From Candidatus Sericytochromatia bacterium (lineage in GTDB: Bacteria; Cyanobacteriota; Sericytochromatia; S15B-MN24; UBA4093), in contig JAKFCT010000069.1 of NCBI GenBank assembly GCA_036676495.1, positions 13,486 to 77,485 of the forward strand: DNA of 64,000 nt. Reading direction: 5' to 3'. A program made the translations under genes and the position numbers. The notes beneath the pieces were generated by a model. That model saw nothing but the letters and a program-made list of their open reading frames with translations, ran no database searches and had not been told where the DNA came from. Below, piece by piece: positions 47,534 through 56,991 of the stretch; the stretch's first letter is position 1; each line of letters starts with the position of its first letter.

Positions 47534-49396
47534 CTAGAGGCTCGGCAGGTAGTGCCGGCGGAAGTCGTCACGGGGCGGGCGCTTGTCGCGCTTGCGCTCG
47601 TCGTGGCCCGTATGCTCGTTCGGGGTGCCGGCGTCGACCAGTTCGGAGCCCGTGAGCGGGTAGCCGACCTGGAAGGTCATCGCGGGGCTGAGCCGGCCGT
47701 TCTGGATGGCCGCGCGCATGCCGGCGAGCGCCGGGTCGTTGTCCGGGTTGGAGATGAGGATCTTGGCGATCGCTTCCCGGGCGAGGTCGATGGGGCCGGT
47801 CTTGATGATGCTCGAGGCGCCCAGCGCGCGGGCCGCGTAGGTGAGGCCGAAGCCCACCTTTCCGACCGTGCGGAAGACCTGGTGCTCGTCGAGGCCGCAG
47901 TCCAGGTTGGCCAAGAGGACGGCGTTCTGGGGATGGGTGTTCTGGAACTTCAGGAAGAAGTTGCCGAAGGTCGAGGCGAGCGTCTTGCCCATGCGGACCA
48001 GGACCGGCAGCGACAGCGGCTTGCCCGAGGTGTCCTGGATGCGGCCGTTCTCGGAGACGTACTTGCCGTCCCGGAGGATCCGATCCAGCAGGAAGCGGCC
48101 CACGTCCTGGGTGCGCACCGCCACCTGGCGGGTGGCCTTCTGGAGGTCGGCGTCGGACATGTCCTTCCAGTCATCCGGCAGGATGGTCTGGATGTAGGCG
48201 GGGTCGCGCTTGGCAATCTCTTGAAGGTAGTTGCGCAGGGTAGCCGAGGTGATCATGCCGCCCTCGCCGCCGGCCTTGGTCTCGGCGTCCGCGCCCTCGC
48301 CGTAGAGGGCCGCGAACATGGCGGCACCGATCTCGTAAGGGGTCTTCTGATCCCGGTGGAAGAAGGTCCAGGTCACGCAGTGGCGCTCATGGGGCTGCAG
48401 GCTGGCAACGGTCTGTTCCCAGATCAGCTCGGTTTCGGCCTTGCCGAAGTCGCGGGCCAGGGAGGCGACGCGCTGGGTCGAGTGCTGATCGATGATGGCG
48501 CCGAACGGCTCGAAGGTCACGCCGGTCGGCTGCTCCGGATGCCCGATGGCCAGGAGGCTGTCGGGGACGTACTTGCCGGCGTCCAGCATGGCGGCAAGCG
48601 TCTTGAGCTTGGAGACTTCCATGCCGGCCGGGGTGTCTTCCGCGGGTTGGCCGAGCTTGGCGAGCCGGCGGTCGAATTCGGCGCGCAGCAGGCGGGTGGC
48701 TTCGGCGAGCTGGTTGCTCGGGAAGACGTGCTCGGTGCTGGTGAGGCCCTCGCTCATGGCGGTCACGGCCGCGGCCTGGGCGAAGATGCCGACGTCGAGG
48801 GATTCCTCGCGGGCGGTGACGGCGAGGCCGAAGGGCTCCATGACGTCGCCGAGGAGGGATTCGTAGTGGTCGCGGCGCAGCAGGACCCAGAGGGGGATGG
48901 CGATCGCCTCGGGATTCCAGCCGGCGAGCTCCATGAAGGCCCGGCGGACCTCACCGTCGAGTTCGACCACCCGCACCGGCTGCCAGTTGGTCGCGGAGGG
49001 CGACCAGAAGCCGTTGTACGCCGCCCGGAAGCGCACGTCCTGCGCGACGGGGCGCGAGAAGTCGACGGCGGGACGGTTGCCCAGGGTGGCCAGGAAGTCG
49101 CCGAAACCGGGGAATGCGTCGTACTCGCGGGTCAGCGTGCCGTCAGGATGCACCCACCAGGTATCCCCGCCATCGGTGAGGGAAATCTGGGATCCGTCCA
49201 CGGAGACCGGCTTCCCGGTCCGGGCGGCTTCCGCGCGCGCGGCCTCGATAGCCGCATCGAAGCGCTCGAAGATCCCGCTGAGGAGCGCGTCGCGCTCGGG
49301 AAGCCCGAGGCCCAGCAGACGCCCGGTGAGGCTGTTGCGGCGCTTGGCCTCGGTGAACTGGAAAAGCGCGTCGAGCGCATCAGTGGCAGTGATCAT
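47534..49396 (-). CDS. Large protein with nitroreductase-like motifs (possibly tandem, Acg-like)
   Basis: SPSATNWQP, HSTQR, GLTYAARALG; GAGGAG RBS. Confidence 0.55.
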   Translation of the reverse strand: MITATDALDALFQFTEAKRRNSLTGRLLGLGLPERDALLSGIFERFDAAIEAARAEAARTGKPVSVDGSQISLTDGGDTWWVHPDGTLTREYDAFPGFGDFLATLGNRPAVDFSRPVAQDVRFRAAYNGFWSPSATNWQPVRVVELDGEVRRAFMELAGWNPEAIAIPLWVLLRRDHYESLLGDVMEPFGLAVTAREESLDVGIFAQAAAVTAMSEGLTSTEHVFPSNQLAEATRLLRAEFDRRLAKLGQPAEDTPAGMEVSKLKTLAAMLDAGKYVPDSLLAIGHPEQPTGVTFEPFGAIIDQHSTQRVASLARDFGKAETELIWEQTVASLQPHERHCVTWTFFHRDQKTPYEIGAAMFAALYGEGADAETKAGGEGGMITSATLRNYLQEIAKRDPAYIQTILPDDWKDMSDADLQKATRQVAVRTQDVGRFLLDRILRDGKYVSENGRIQDTSGKPLSLPVLVRMGKTLASTFGNFFLKFQNTHPQNAVLLANLDCGLDEHQVFRTVGKVGFGLTYAARALGASSIIKTGPIDLAREAIAKILISNPDNDPALAGMRAAIQNGRLSPAMTFQVGYPLTGSELVDAGTPNEHTGHDERKRDKRPPRDDFRRHYLPSL

Positions 49397-49587
49397 CGTG
49401 ATGAAAAACTCCTCGGCGTATTGAATCGGATTTGCCGTGACCCACCATGCTACCATGCGCGACCTCCCATCGACAGGCTAATGGCGACTCACCATGCCGG
49501 AGCGGGCCGCGGGAGAAGGTTCAAAGGATTTCCCTGCCTTAAAGTATTGACAACCTGCGCCGGAGAACGTAGAGTAGATACCTGTTC

Positions 49588-49661
49588 GGGCGCATAGCTC
49601 AGTTGGTTAGAGCGCGTCGTTGACATCGACGAGGTCACTGGTTCGAATCCAGTTGTGCCCA
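49588..49661 (+). tRNA. tRNA-Val(GAC)
   Basis: GGGCGCATAGCTCAGTTGGTTAGAGCGCGTCGTTGACATCGACG...TTCGAATCCAGTTGTGCCCA; terminator at 49667-49705. Confidence 0.95.
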
Positions 49662-50041
49662 CTGACAAGCCAGCTTGTTGCAGTTAGCAACAAGCTGGCT
49701 TTTTATTTGTCGAGCTTGCTTGGTCGCCGGGGGCGGCCTCGAGCGGGTCATGACGCGGGTTAGGTTCGGGGAAACGGGAGGCGTGTCGACGCACCAGCAT
49801 CTGCGGGAGGGATTGCTCATCGCAATGGAGCAGCCACGCCCCAACGAGGTTAGGCAGAGGCTGCACTAGTATTGCCCCATGTCCTCCAGCCCCACCTGAA
49901 CGTCCCCGGAAGCGGTAACGAGAATAACGCCTCAAGCACGTGCTGTGCCCCCTCTCCCAGCCTACCCCTCGATCACCGAAGTTGTGGGTATCCTAGCTAC
50001 TTGTGGAGAATCAACGGTTATGGGGTTGCTGGATAACCCAC

Positions 50042-50632
50042 TTAGGGCCCCTGGGCGATTGCCCGCCCCTTCACTTCTATGCCAAGCTCATCTTCCATCG
50101 GGATCATCATGAACGCGGGCCGCTGGATGCCATAATCACTTAACCGAATGGTGAACCGTCCCTCGAACTGAACGTCCGGTCCGTTTGGCGTGAATTCGAG
50201 GACAGTCTCGACAGGACGCTCGAGGCCCCGAATGGCCAACTGCCCGCGCAGACGTGCATGCCCCATGAATAGATCCGCTTCTTTTCGATCCGCAAACGTG
50301 ATCTCTTGGGCTCTGAGGATGAGCCGTGGATGCCGGAATGCCTCAAGCACCTCAAGGGCATGCTTGTCTCGGTTACGATTTCCGCTGCTGAAGCTGCGGA
50401 CGGGCACGGATAGCTCGATGGGCAGGGCAATCCTCCCGGCCTCGATGCCGAACTCACCCCGCAGCGATCGGGAAATCCCCTCCCAGCGGTGCATGGGATG
50501 CGCCCCAGAATAGCGAATCTCGGAATCCGAACTCAGCACGTAGCGTGTGGCCTCTGCCGGCAAGGGAACCAATAGGATCAGCCCTGCGAACAGCGCGCTT
50601 TTCGGCCAGGTCTTCCTAAAACTCAAAGACAA
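50042..50632 (-). CDS. YceI family protein
   Basis: H..H.WEG, SFSSGNRNRDKH, LSDYGIQRP. Confidence 0.85.
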   Translation of the reverse strand: MSLSFRKTWPKSALFAGLILLVPLPAEATRYVLSSDSEIRYSGAHPMHRWEGISRSLRGEFGIEAGRIALPIELSVPVRSFSSGNRNRDKHALEVLEAFRHPRLILRAQEITFADRKEADLFMGHARLRGQLAIRGLERPVETVLEFTPNGPDVQFEGRFTIRLSDYGIQRPAFMMIPMEDELGIEVKGRAIAQGP

Positions 50633-51188
50633 GCAAACCTCCCGACAGGGTCATCAACAGGGTGGTGGTGATGGCGGCGGCCCGGTGAGCCCCCGAAAGG
50701 CTTGGCTGGTTGGCGAGCGTCAACGCGCCCAGGGTCAACGTGCTTCCGAGGCCGGCCGCATGCACCCAGCTCAAGCTCTTATGCCAGTAGCTCGAGTCAT
50801 AGCCCGGTTCCTGAGCAGAGGGTTCGGCGACTTGAGGAGCCGTCAAGGCGAGGGTCGCGGCACTACCATACAGGATCGCGGTGCTGAGGGCGCTCGCGAC
50901 GTGAACGCCTGTGAGCCCTCCCGAGTATCCTCCCCGGGCGTCCGGCGTAAGCATCGCTCCCGTGATTCCGGTGAGAGCCATTCCTCCCAGGGCGCCGATC
51001 GCGAGTGTCTGGTGCAGGTTGAGCCGATCGCGCCGCAGCGTCCAGAGCCGCTCTTCCGAAGTCTCTTCTGCCAGTGCCAGAGTCGGCGTGGCAATGATCA
51101 ACGCGAGCACTAATGAGAGTAGCCAAGCTATCTTGCTCGCACGAGGGGAAGTAATACCCGCGAGCTCCGGACAAGGTCGACGTTTCAT
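50616..51188 (-). CDS. Membrane protein with His-containing TM helices
   Basis: LNLHQTLA, GVHVA, WHKSLSWVH, GAHRA (possible haem ligands). Confidence 0.6.
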   Translation of the reverse strand: MKRRPCPELAGITSPRASKIAWLLSLVLALIIATPTLALAEETSEERLWTLRRDRLNLHQTLAIGALGGMALTGITGAMLTPDARGGYSGGLTGVHVASALSTAILYGSAATLALTAPQVAEPSAQEPGYDSSYWHKSLSWVHAAGLGSTLTLGALTLANQPSLSGAHRAAAITTTLLMTLSGGLLVFEF

Positions 51189-51294
51189 GCGTATTTCTTT
51201 CTGCTAGGGGCTAGCAAGTAGAAGAGCCAGGCGTTTCTTATTGCGTTGGGTTTGAATTTCAGGTGCGCTAATTCAGGGCCGTTGACCCTGCCGC

Positions 51295-51969
51295 TTACTT
51301 CTGTCGCCCGAGCCTGCCGTTGAGCGTCTCCGTCTCAGACCGGGCGTCGGGAGGGGGGCTGGTCCTGGCAATCCCGTCCAAGTACATATCCAAATGCCGA
51401 TCTATCAGCTGTTCAAGCGTGACATCGGGGTACTGCCCCGCGAGCCACGGTCCAACGGTGGCGGCAAAGAGGCCGATCATGAGGTGGTCGGTGATCTCTT
51501 GCGGGTTGAAGTCGGTTCGGATCTCCCCCCTGCCTTGGGCCGCCTCCACGAGCAGGCGGGTGAAGTTGCGCTCCTCTTGGACGGGAACGGGAGTCGCTTC
51601 ACCCCAGCCTTGCATCTTGTACTGGTGAAAGAGCCGAGCGGTGCGAGGATACTCGGAAAAGGCCCCCGCCATGGTGACTAGGATGTTCCGCAGGGCGGCC
51701 AAGGGATTGGCAAGGGTGCCGTCGCGGTGAAGCTGCTGGATTCGAGAACCGACGCGATCCCTGAGGAGGTCGCCCACGACCTCGAGGATGTCTTCCTTGC
51801 GAGCGAAATGATTGAAGACCGTGGGGCGACTGATGCCGGCAACCGCGGCGATGTTGTCCATGGTCGTCCCTTCGAACCCCTTTGACTCGAAGAGTGACAG
51901 GGCCGCAGCGGCAATGGCCCGGCGAGTCTGCTCCTTCTTGAGGTGCCGTGCCTGGGGGAGCTGAGACAA
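51295..51969 (-). CDS. TetR/AcrR family regulator
   Basis: AALSLF..KGFEGTTMDNIA..AGISRPTVFNHF..KE. Confidence 0.92.
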   Translation of the reverse strand: MSQLPQARHLKKEQTRRAIAAAALSLFESKGFEGTTMDNIAAVAGISRPTVFNHFARKEDILEVVGDLLRDRVGSRIQQLHRDGTLANPLAALRNILVTMAGAFSEYPRTARLFHQYKMQGWGEATPVPVQEERNFTRLLVEAAQGRGEIRTDFNPQEITDHLMIGLFAATVGPWLAGQYPDVTLEQLIDRHLDMYLDGIARTSPPPDARSETETLNGRLGRQK

Positions 51970-52065
51970 ACATCCTTCCTTTCTCGATGAATTGGCTATA
52001 CTGCAGGCTATCTATTATCTACGACTAGCCCAGTGATAACGTCCAAGCCAACGGATTGTTGTGCG

Positions 52066-52086
52066 ATAGTATTATACTATAGTATA
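52066..52086. promoter_or_regulatory. Overlapping palindromes, candidate TetR operator
   Basis: ATAGTATtATACTAT (52066-52080) and TATACTATAGTATA (52073-52086) between divergent genes. Confidence 0.6.
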
Positions 52087-52123
52087 TTTAATGGCGATTA
52101 GCAGCTAGAAGGAGGACCCTCTC

Positions 52124-52582
52124 GTGGCATTGGATCTGAGCAAGCAACCACCTCGCAGCCCTTTCGATGAGATTGCGGGTTTTCCATGGCTCGCCCGTAT
52201 GGTTGATAAGGCCAGGGCCACCTACGCTGGCACGCATGGCGACTACACGCCCTTTCCCTGCCCAGGCGACAAGCGTTTCCTCACCTACTTCGGCATCGAT
52301 GCAGAGGCTATCAAGGACTTGATCCGGCGCGATGCCTCCGATGAGGCCATCGGCGAGTACGTGCGTCGCACGACCCGCCGCACGGAAGCCGACATCGCTG
52401 CCTACCGCCGTGAGATGCGTGTGCCGCCAGCCGGGCATTTCAAGCGTTTGCTGACCAAGCTCATGGTCAAGATTGTCTCAAAGGATCTGCCTACTCAGTT
52501 CCCGGGGGTGGACTTCAAGAGCATCGATACGCTTCCCAAGGTCCTTGCTCTCCAGGAGGGACATCCCGTCCCCAAGTCCTAA
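52124..52582 (+). CDS. DUF5069 domain protein
   Basis: DLSKQPPRSP....G..WLARMVDKARA...G..GDY..CPGD. Confidence 0.8.
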   Translation: MALDLSKQPPRSPFDEIAGFPWLARMVDKARATYAGTHGDYTPFPCPGDKRFLTYFGIDAEAIKDLIRRDASDEAIGEYVRRTTRRTEADIAAYRREMRVPPAGHFKRLLTKLMVKIVSKDLPTQFPGVDFKSIDTLPKVLALQEGHPVPKS

Positions 52583-52615
52583 ACACCGAAAAAGGCGAGA
52601 GGAGTTTATTGAGAC

Positions 52616-53083
52616 ATGCCCAACACGATGATCCCATCCCGGTCCGAGGTTGCTCAGGCGACCTGGTTCCAAGCCAGACTCCCACAGAGCGTGCTCCTGA
52701 TGACGGCGGGTGGCTTCGGATTGACCCTTATCGAGCTCATGCTGATCGGCCATCATGAGAAGACCCAGGTCATGGGCTTGGTGGTTTGCGGTATCGGCTT
52801 GCTGATGTCCGTGCTCGGACTGGTGGCCCAGGGGATCTGGCGCAAGGTCGTGGTTGGCGTCCTGGTTCTCGTTGCTCTGGAGGGCTTCGCCGGTACGCTG
52901 ATCCATCGCATCGGCGACCCTGCCAAACCTAGGGAAGAGCAGGCCGCGGTCGCCGTCCAGCCTGAGAAGGGCGATGAGCACGGCGGTGAGCATCACGCCC
53001 CACCACTGGCCCCGCTGAGCATCATGGGCCTTGCCGTCCTTGCCTCCATGGCCATCGCTGCCCGATCGAGGGTTTCACGATGA
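52616..53083 (+). CDS. Four-TM membrane protein
   Basis: Hydrophobic helices, EL.L.GH, PPLAPL. Confidence 0.7.
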   Translation: MPNTMIPSRSEVAQATWFQARLPQSVLLMTAGGFGLTLIELMLIGHHEKTQVMGLVVCGIGLLMSVLGLVAQGIWRKVVVGVLVLVALEGFAGTLIHRIGDPAKPREEQAAVAVQPEKGDEHGGEHHAPPLAPLSIMGLAVLASMAIAARSRVSR

Positions 53084-53919
53084 GCCGCATTCTGGTGACC
53101 GGGGCAACGGGTAACGTTGGTTCGGTCGTTATCGAGGCGCTTTCCCGGCGTGGAATCAGCGCTTGCGCGGCGGTCCGGGATCCTCGTCCCGGAGCGATTG
53201 CCGATCAGGTGCTCTTCGATTTCGAGCGCCCGGAAACCTATGCTCCTGCCCTCAAAGGAGTTGATAAGCTCTTCTTGATGCGACCGCCCGCTCTAACGGA
53301 CGTTGCGCGTTACGTCTTTCCCCTCATCGACGAGGCCAAGCGGTCTGGCGTCTCTCAAATCGTATTCTTGTCATTGCTGGGAGCACAGCACTTGCCGTTC
53401 GTCCCGCATCGCAAGGTCGAACTTTACCTTGAGCGTAGCGGAATCTCGTATACGTTCCTCCGTGCGAGCTTCTTCATGCAAAACCTCTCCACTACCCACG
53501 CCCGCGAGATCCGCGAGAAGAACCTCATCGACGTTCCAGCGGGAATGGGCAAGACGAGCTTCGTGGACGTTGCGGATCTCGCCGAGGTGGCGGCCATAGC
53601 CCTGACCGAGACTGGCCACGAGAACAAGGCATATGATCTGACGGGCTGCGAGGCACTCGACTACCACGAGGTGGCCGCCATTCTGACCGGTGAACTCGGT
53701 CGTCCGATCAGATATCGCGCTCCTGGGCTGCTTGGCTTCCTCTTGTGGCGCATCCGGGAGGGGGTACCTTTTGGCTTTGCCTTGGTCATGGGAGCCATCT
53801 ATACGACCGCTCGTATGGGCAAGGCCGCTCTGGTCACCCCTGAACTCGAAAGGCTGCTCGGACGTCCTCCGCAGACGCTGAAGCACTTCATTTCGAAGGA
53901 GCGGGCCATCTGGGGGTGA
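53080..53919 (+). CDS. NmrA-like SDR oxidoreductase
   Basis: ILVTGATGNVG, PH.KVE, LRASFFMQN. Confidence 0.9.
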   Translation: MSRILVTGATGNVGSVVIEALSRRGISACAAVRDPRPGAIADQVLFDFERPETYAPALKGVDKLFLMRPPALTDVARYVFPLIDEAKRSGVSQIVFLSLLGAQHLPFVPHRKVELYLERSGISYTFLRASFFMQNLSTTHAREIREKNLIDVPAGMGKTSFVDVADLAEVAAIALTETGHENKAYDLTGCEALDYHEVAAILTGELGRPIRYRAPGLLGFLLWRIREGVPFGFALVMGAIYTTARMGKAALVTPELERLLGRPPQTLKHFISKERAIWG

Positions 53920-54246
53920 GCACCTCCCTTGATTGTGCATGCCCGAGCAAACCTGCCTGCGCGGTTCTAAACTCGTCCAGCCAAGCCCACGCAAACCCCG
54001 GAACACGAGGAAACGCGAGTTCCGGGGCTTTACCCATGCCGCCTGTCACCGGTTCACCCTCACGGAGGGGCCTCGGCGTCTCCCCTCTCCTCTTGGGCCG
54101 TGCCCAAACGAACCTCGAAGCGCGGCGCGAGGATCTGCTTTAGATGCTTTTGGCATATCTATGTTGCAAAACTTGCTCGCCTGCTTTATGATGGCCCCGA
54201 CTCTCACAAGGTCGTTACGCAGCCCCCATCATGAAGGAGGACCTCG

Positions 54247-54729
54247 ATGAATCATGGAGCTCATTCCCGAACGTTCAGAGCCTTTGCGTTCGGTGCGCTG
54301 ATCGCCCTCGGAGCCTCGGTTTTCCCCCTGAATTCGGCCGATGCCGCCCCGGTGAACCTGAAAGGCAAGCCGCCGGCCGGGTTCGTGAAGGTCAGCGACG
54401 CCCTCAAGAATCCCGGCATGGCTTTCGTGCCCGGCCTCGGAACCCTCTACGTCGATCCGAAGACGCTGCCTGCGGGGCCGTTCCTCGGTTACGACAAGAG
54501 CGGCGAATTGGTCAACATCACGTACATGCTGCCCGACGCGGAACTCCAGAAAAACACCGCTTGGGCTGCGCTCGGCACCTCGGTAAGCGGCCTGAAGGTG
54601 GACCATACGGAGGTTCATGTCTCAGCCGCCCACCCTGGGGTCATGGAGCGCCATCTCCACGTGATCAACTGGTTGATCAGCGACAGCGAAAAGAAGAAGC
54701 GGGTCGGAGATTACCCCCACTTGCACTAG
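54247..54729 (+). CDS. Secreted His-rich protein (TTHB210/DUF5602-like)
   Basis: Signal peptide; FVPGLGTLY..P, DH.....HPG...H.H. Confidence 0.6.
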   Translation: MNHGAHSRTFRAFAFGALIALGASVFPLNSADAAPVNLKGKPPAGFVKVSDALKNPGMAFVPGLGTLYVDPKTLPAGPFLGYDKSGELVNITYMLPDAELQKNTAWAALGTSVSGLKVDHTEVHVSAAHPGVMERHLHVINWLISDSEKKKRVGDYPHLH

Positions 54730-54799
54730 TCACGTAGGGAGCCGGGGGACTCGTCCCCCGGCTTTCGCTGCCGTCGTCCGGCAAGGAGTGGAGCGATAG

Positions 54800-55384
54800 A
54801 TGGCACTCGAGTTGAAACTGGCAAAAGCCTCCGAGGTCGCTGCGTTGGAGGCCCTTCGAACCCTCCTGACGGCCATCGGGGAGGATCCGGATCGGGAGGG
54901 ACTTCGCGAAACGCCTGCCCGCATCCTGAAGAGCTGGTCGGAGCTGTTCGCCGGCTATCGGCAAGCGCCCGAAAGCATCCTTTCCACCACCTTCGCCGAC
55001 GTGGACGGCTACCAGGAGATGGTCCTGCTTCGCGATATCCCGTTTCATTCCACCTGTGAACATCACTGGCTGCCCTTCGAAGGCAAGGCGCATGTCGCCT
55101 ACCTCCCGGGGCAACGCGTCGTGGGCCTCTCGAAGCTCGCAAGGTTGGTGGATTGCTTTGCGCGCCGCCTCCAGATTCAAGAGCGGCTGACCCAGCAGGT
55201 CCTCCAAGCGCTGATGACGCATCTCTCGGCGCGGGGGGCCGCCGTGCTGATCGAGGCGCGCCATGCCTGCATGAGTTGCCGCGGAATCCGCAAAGACGGG
55301 GCCTCGATGCTGACCTCGGCGTTCGCCGGGGAACTCCTGCAATCCGAGCGGCGGGCGGAATTCCTGGCACTCGTCAAAGCCTGA
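54800..55384 (+). CDS. folE: GTP cyclohydrolase I, second copy
   Basis: [35 protein letters not shown]. Confidence 0.93.
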   Translation: MALELKLAKASEVAALEALRTLLTAIGEDPDREGLRETPARILKSWSELFAGYRQAPESILSTTFADVDGYQEMVLLRDIPFHSTCEHHWLPFEGKAHVAYLPGQRVVGLSKLARLVDCFARRLQIQERLTQQVLQALMTHLSARGAAVLIEARHACMSCRGIRKDGASMLTSAFAGELLQSERRAEFLALVKA

Positions 55385-55503
55385 TGCTGACTCGCCGAAC
55401 CCGTCGGAGCGCGCTCATGGTGAGGGCGACGCCCCGAAAGGAGCCGCTATCGACCCCCCAACCCTTGATATAATCCATCTCATCGGTACGAAGAGGGGTT
55501 TGT

Positions 55504-56133
55504 ATGTTGGAACGGTTCGGCAAGCGGCAGCAGGAATTGCTGAAACTCATGTTGAAGAACAAGGCCGGAGTCTCGATTGATGAGCTCGCCGCGGAGGCCC
55601 AGATCACCCGCACGGCCATTCGGCAGCACCTCACGGCCCTCGAGGTCGAGGGCTATGTTTGCAAGGGCGACGTCCGAAAGACCGCGGGGCGTCCGGGACA
55701 AACCTACGTGCTCACGACGCGCGGAACGGATCTCTTTCCCAAGCAGTACAGCTGGTTCTCGGGCCTGCTGCTACAAGCGGTGAAAGCGGAGCGCGGGAGC
55801 GAAGGTCTTGCTCTTTGGCTCCGAGGGCTAGCCGACACGATTGCCTCGAGCCTGGATGCGCGCCTGGAGGGCAAGGACCGCGAACAGCGGCAGGAAGCGG
55901 TCGTGGCCATCCTTAACGACCTGGCCTTCGAGGCTGCGGCGGTCCTACCCGCGGATCATCCTGGAGAGCCGGTCATCGAGGCCTCCAACTGTGTCTACCA
56001 TGAACTCGCCACGCAGTTCCCCGAGGTCTGCGAATTCGACCTGGAGTTGCTGTCCAAGCTCACCGGCTCCTCCGTGGATCATCAGGAGTGCATGATCCGG
56101 GGGGGAAACGTCTGTCGTTTTCGTTTCTCCTGA
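55504..56133 (+). CDS. HTH transcriptional regulator (SufR-like, Cys-rich output domain)
   Basis: AIRQHL..LE..G, GRP, FPKQY, NC.Y..LA...VC, C...G..CRF. Confidence 0.85.
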   Translation: MLERFGKRQQELLKLMLKNKAGVSIDELAAEAQITRTAIRQHLTALEVEGYVCKGDVRKTAGRPGQTYVLTTRGTDLFPKQYSWFSGLLLQAVKAERGSEGLALWLRGLADTIASSLDARLEGKDREQRQEAVVAILNDLAFEAAAVLPADHPGEPVIEASNCVYHELATQFPEVCEFDLELLSKLTGSSVDHQECMIRGGNVCRFRFS

Positions 56134-56156
56134 CCCGGGGCGGAGCATCCTCCCCG

Positions 56157-56972
56157 TCAGGCACCGAAGTGGCGCTCGAGGTAGGCAACTCCGTAACGGG
56201 AAAGATCCTTCGCGTCGAAGAGGAAGCTATGCGCCTGCCCGACGCTCCCCTCGGCGTGGCGATCGCCCATGACGTAGGCGCGCGCGATGCTCTCGACCGC
56301 ATCCATGCCGCCGCATTCCATGGCGGCGGCAAACCGCTCCGTGATGCCGTTGGAGTCCCAGTCCTCGATGGCCACCCATTCCTTCTCCCCGCGCGGGTTC
56401 AGGATGGGCATCTCATAGCTCACCCGGCGCTTGTTCGGAATATCGGCGATCGCCTCGCTGTAATGGAGGACCGTGAGCGCATCCAAGGGGGCTCCCAGGA
56501 GCAAGACCTTGCCTCCATGACGAATGAAACGCTCAAGGGGAGACCCGGGACCGTAGGCGCTTTGCAGCGGATGCTCGGAGGTCAGATTGCTGGCCAGGGG
56601 GCCAATCGCGGCCATCGAGGCATCGGGATGCCCGGAGCGCTTCACCTCGGGATGGCGGCAAATGACCGTGTTCAGGTAGCCCCACTCCGGATACGCGGCG
56701 GCCCTGGCCGGATCGAAGGCGGGCCATGCCGATTTTTCGGCGGCGGCTAGCTGATTGCCGTTCAAGGTCTCCGCGTAGGGCGAGCGATCCCAGGACACGT
56801 AGGCCATCAGCGTGCCTTCGGGCCCGAGGGAGTCCAGCAGCGCCTTCAAGACGCCCTCGGCCCCGCCTTCGACGGGGCCGAGACGACGCAGCGCGGCATG
56901 GACCATCACCCGATCCCCCGGCATGACGCCGAGCTTGCGCAAGTCTCTCACCAGGGATGACGGAGTGATCAC
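56157..56972 (-). CDS. aac(3): Aminoglycoside 3-N-acetyltransferase, AAC(3)-II-like
   Basis: VHA.L..LGPVEGGAE, SWDRSPY.ETLNG, RS.HPDASM, T.LHY.EA.ADIPNKR, D.NGI, YLE.HFG. Confidence 0.9.
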   Translation of the reverse strand: MITPSSLVRDLRKLGVMPGDRVMVHAALRRLGPVEGGAEGVLKALLDSLGPEGTLMAYVSWDRSPYAETLNGNQLAAAEKSAWPAFDPARAAAYPEWGYLNTVICRHPEVKRSGHPDASMAAIGPLASNLTSEHPLQSAYGPGSPLERFIRHGGKVLLLGAPLDALTVLHYSEAIADIPNKRRVSYEMPILNPRGEKEWVAIEDWDSNGITERFAAAMECGGMDAVESIARAYVMGDRHAEGSVGQAHSFLFDAKDLSRYGVAYLERHFGA

Positions 56973-56991
56973 CGGGCCTCCTTCGGGCGGG

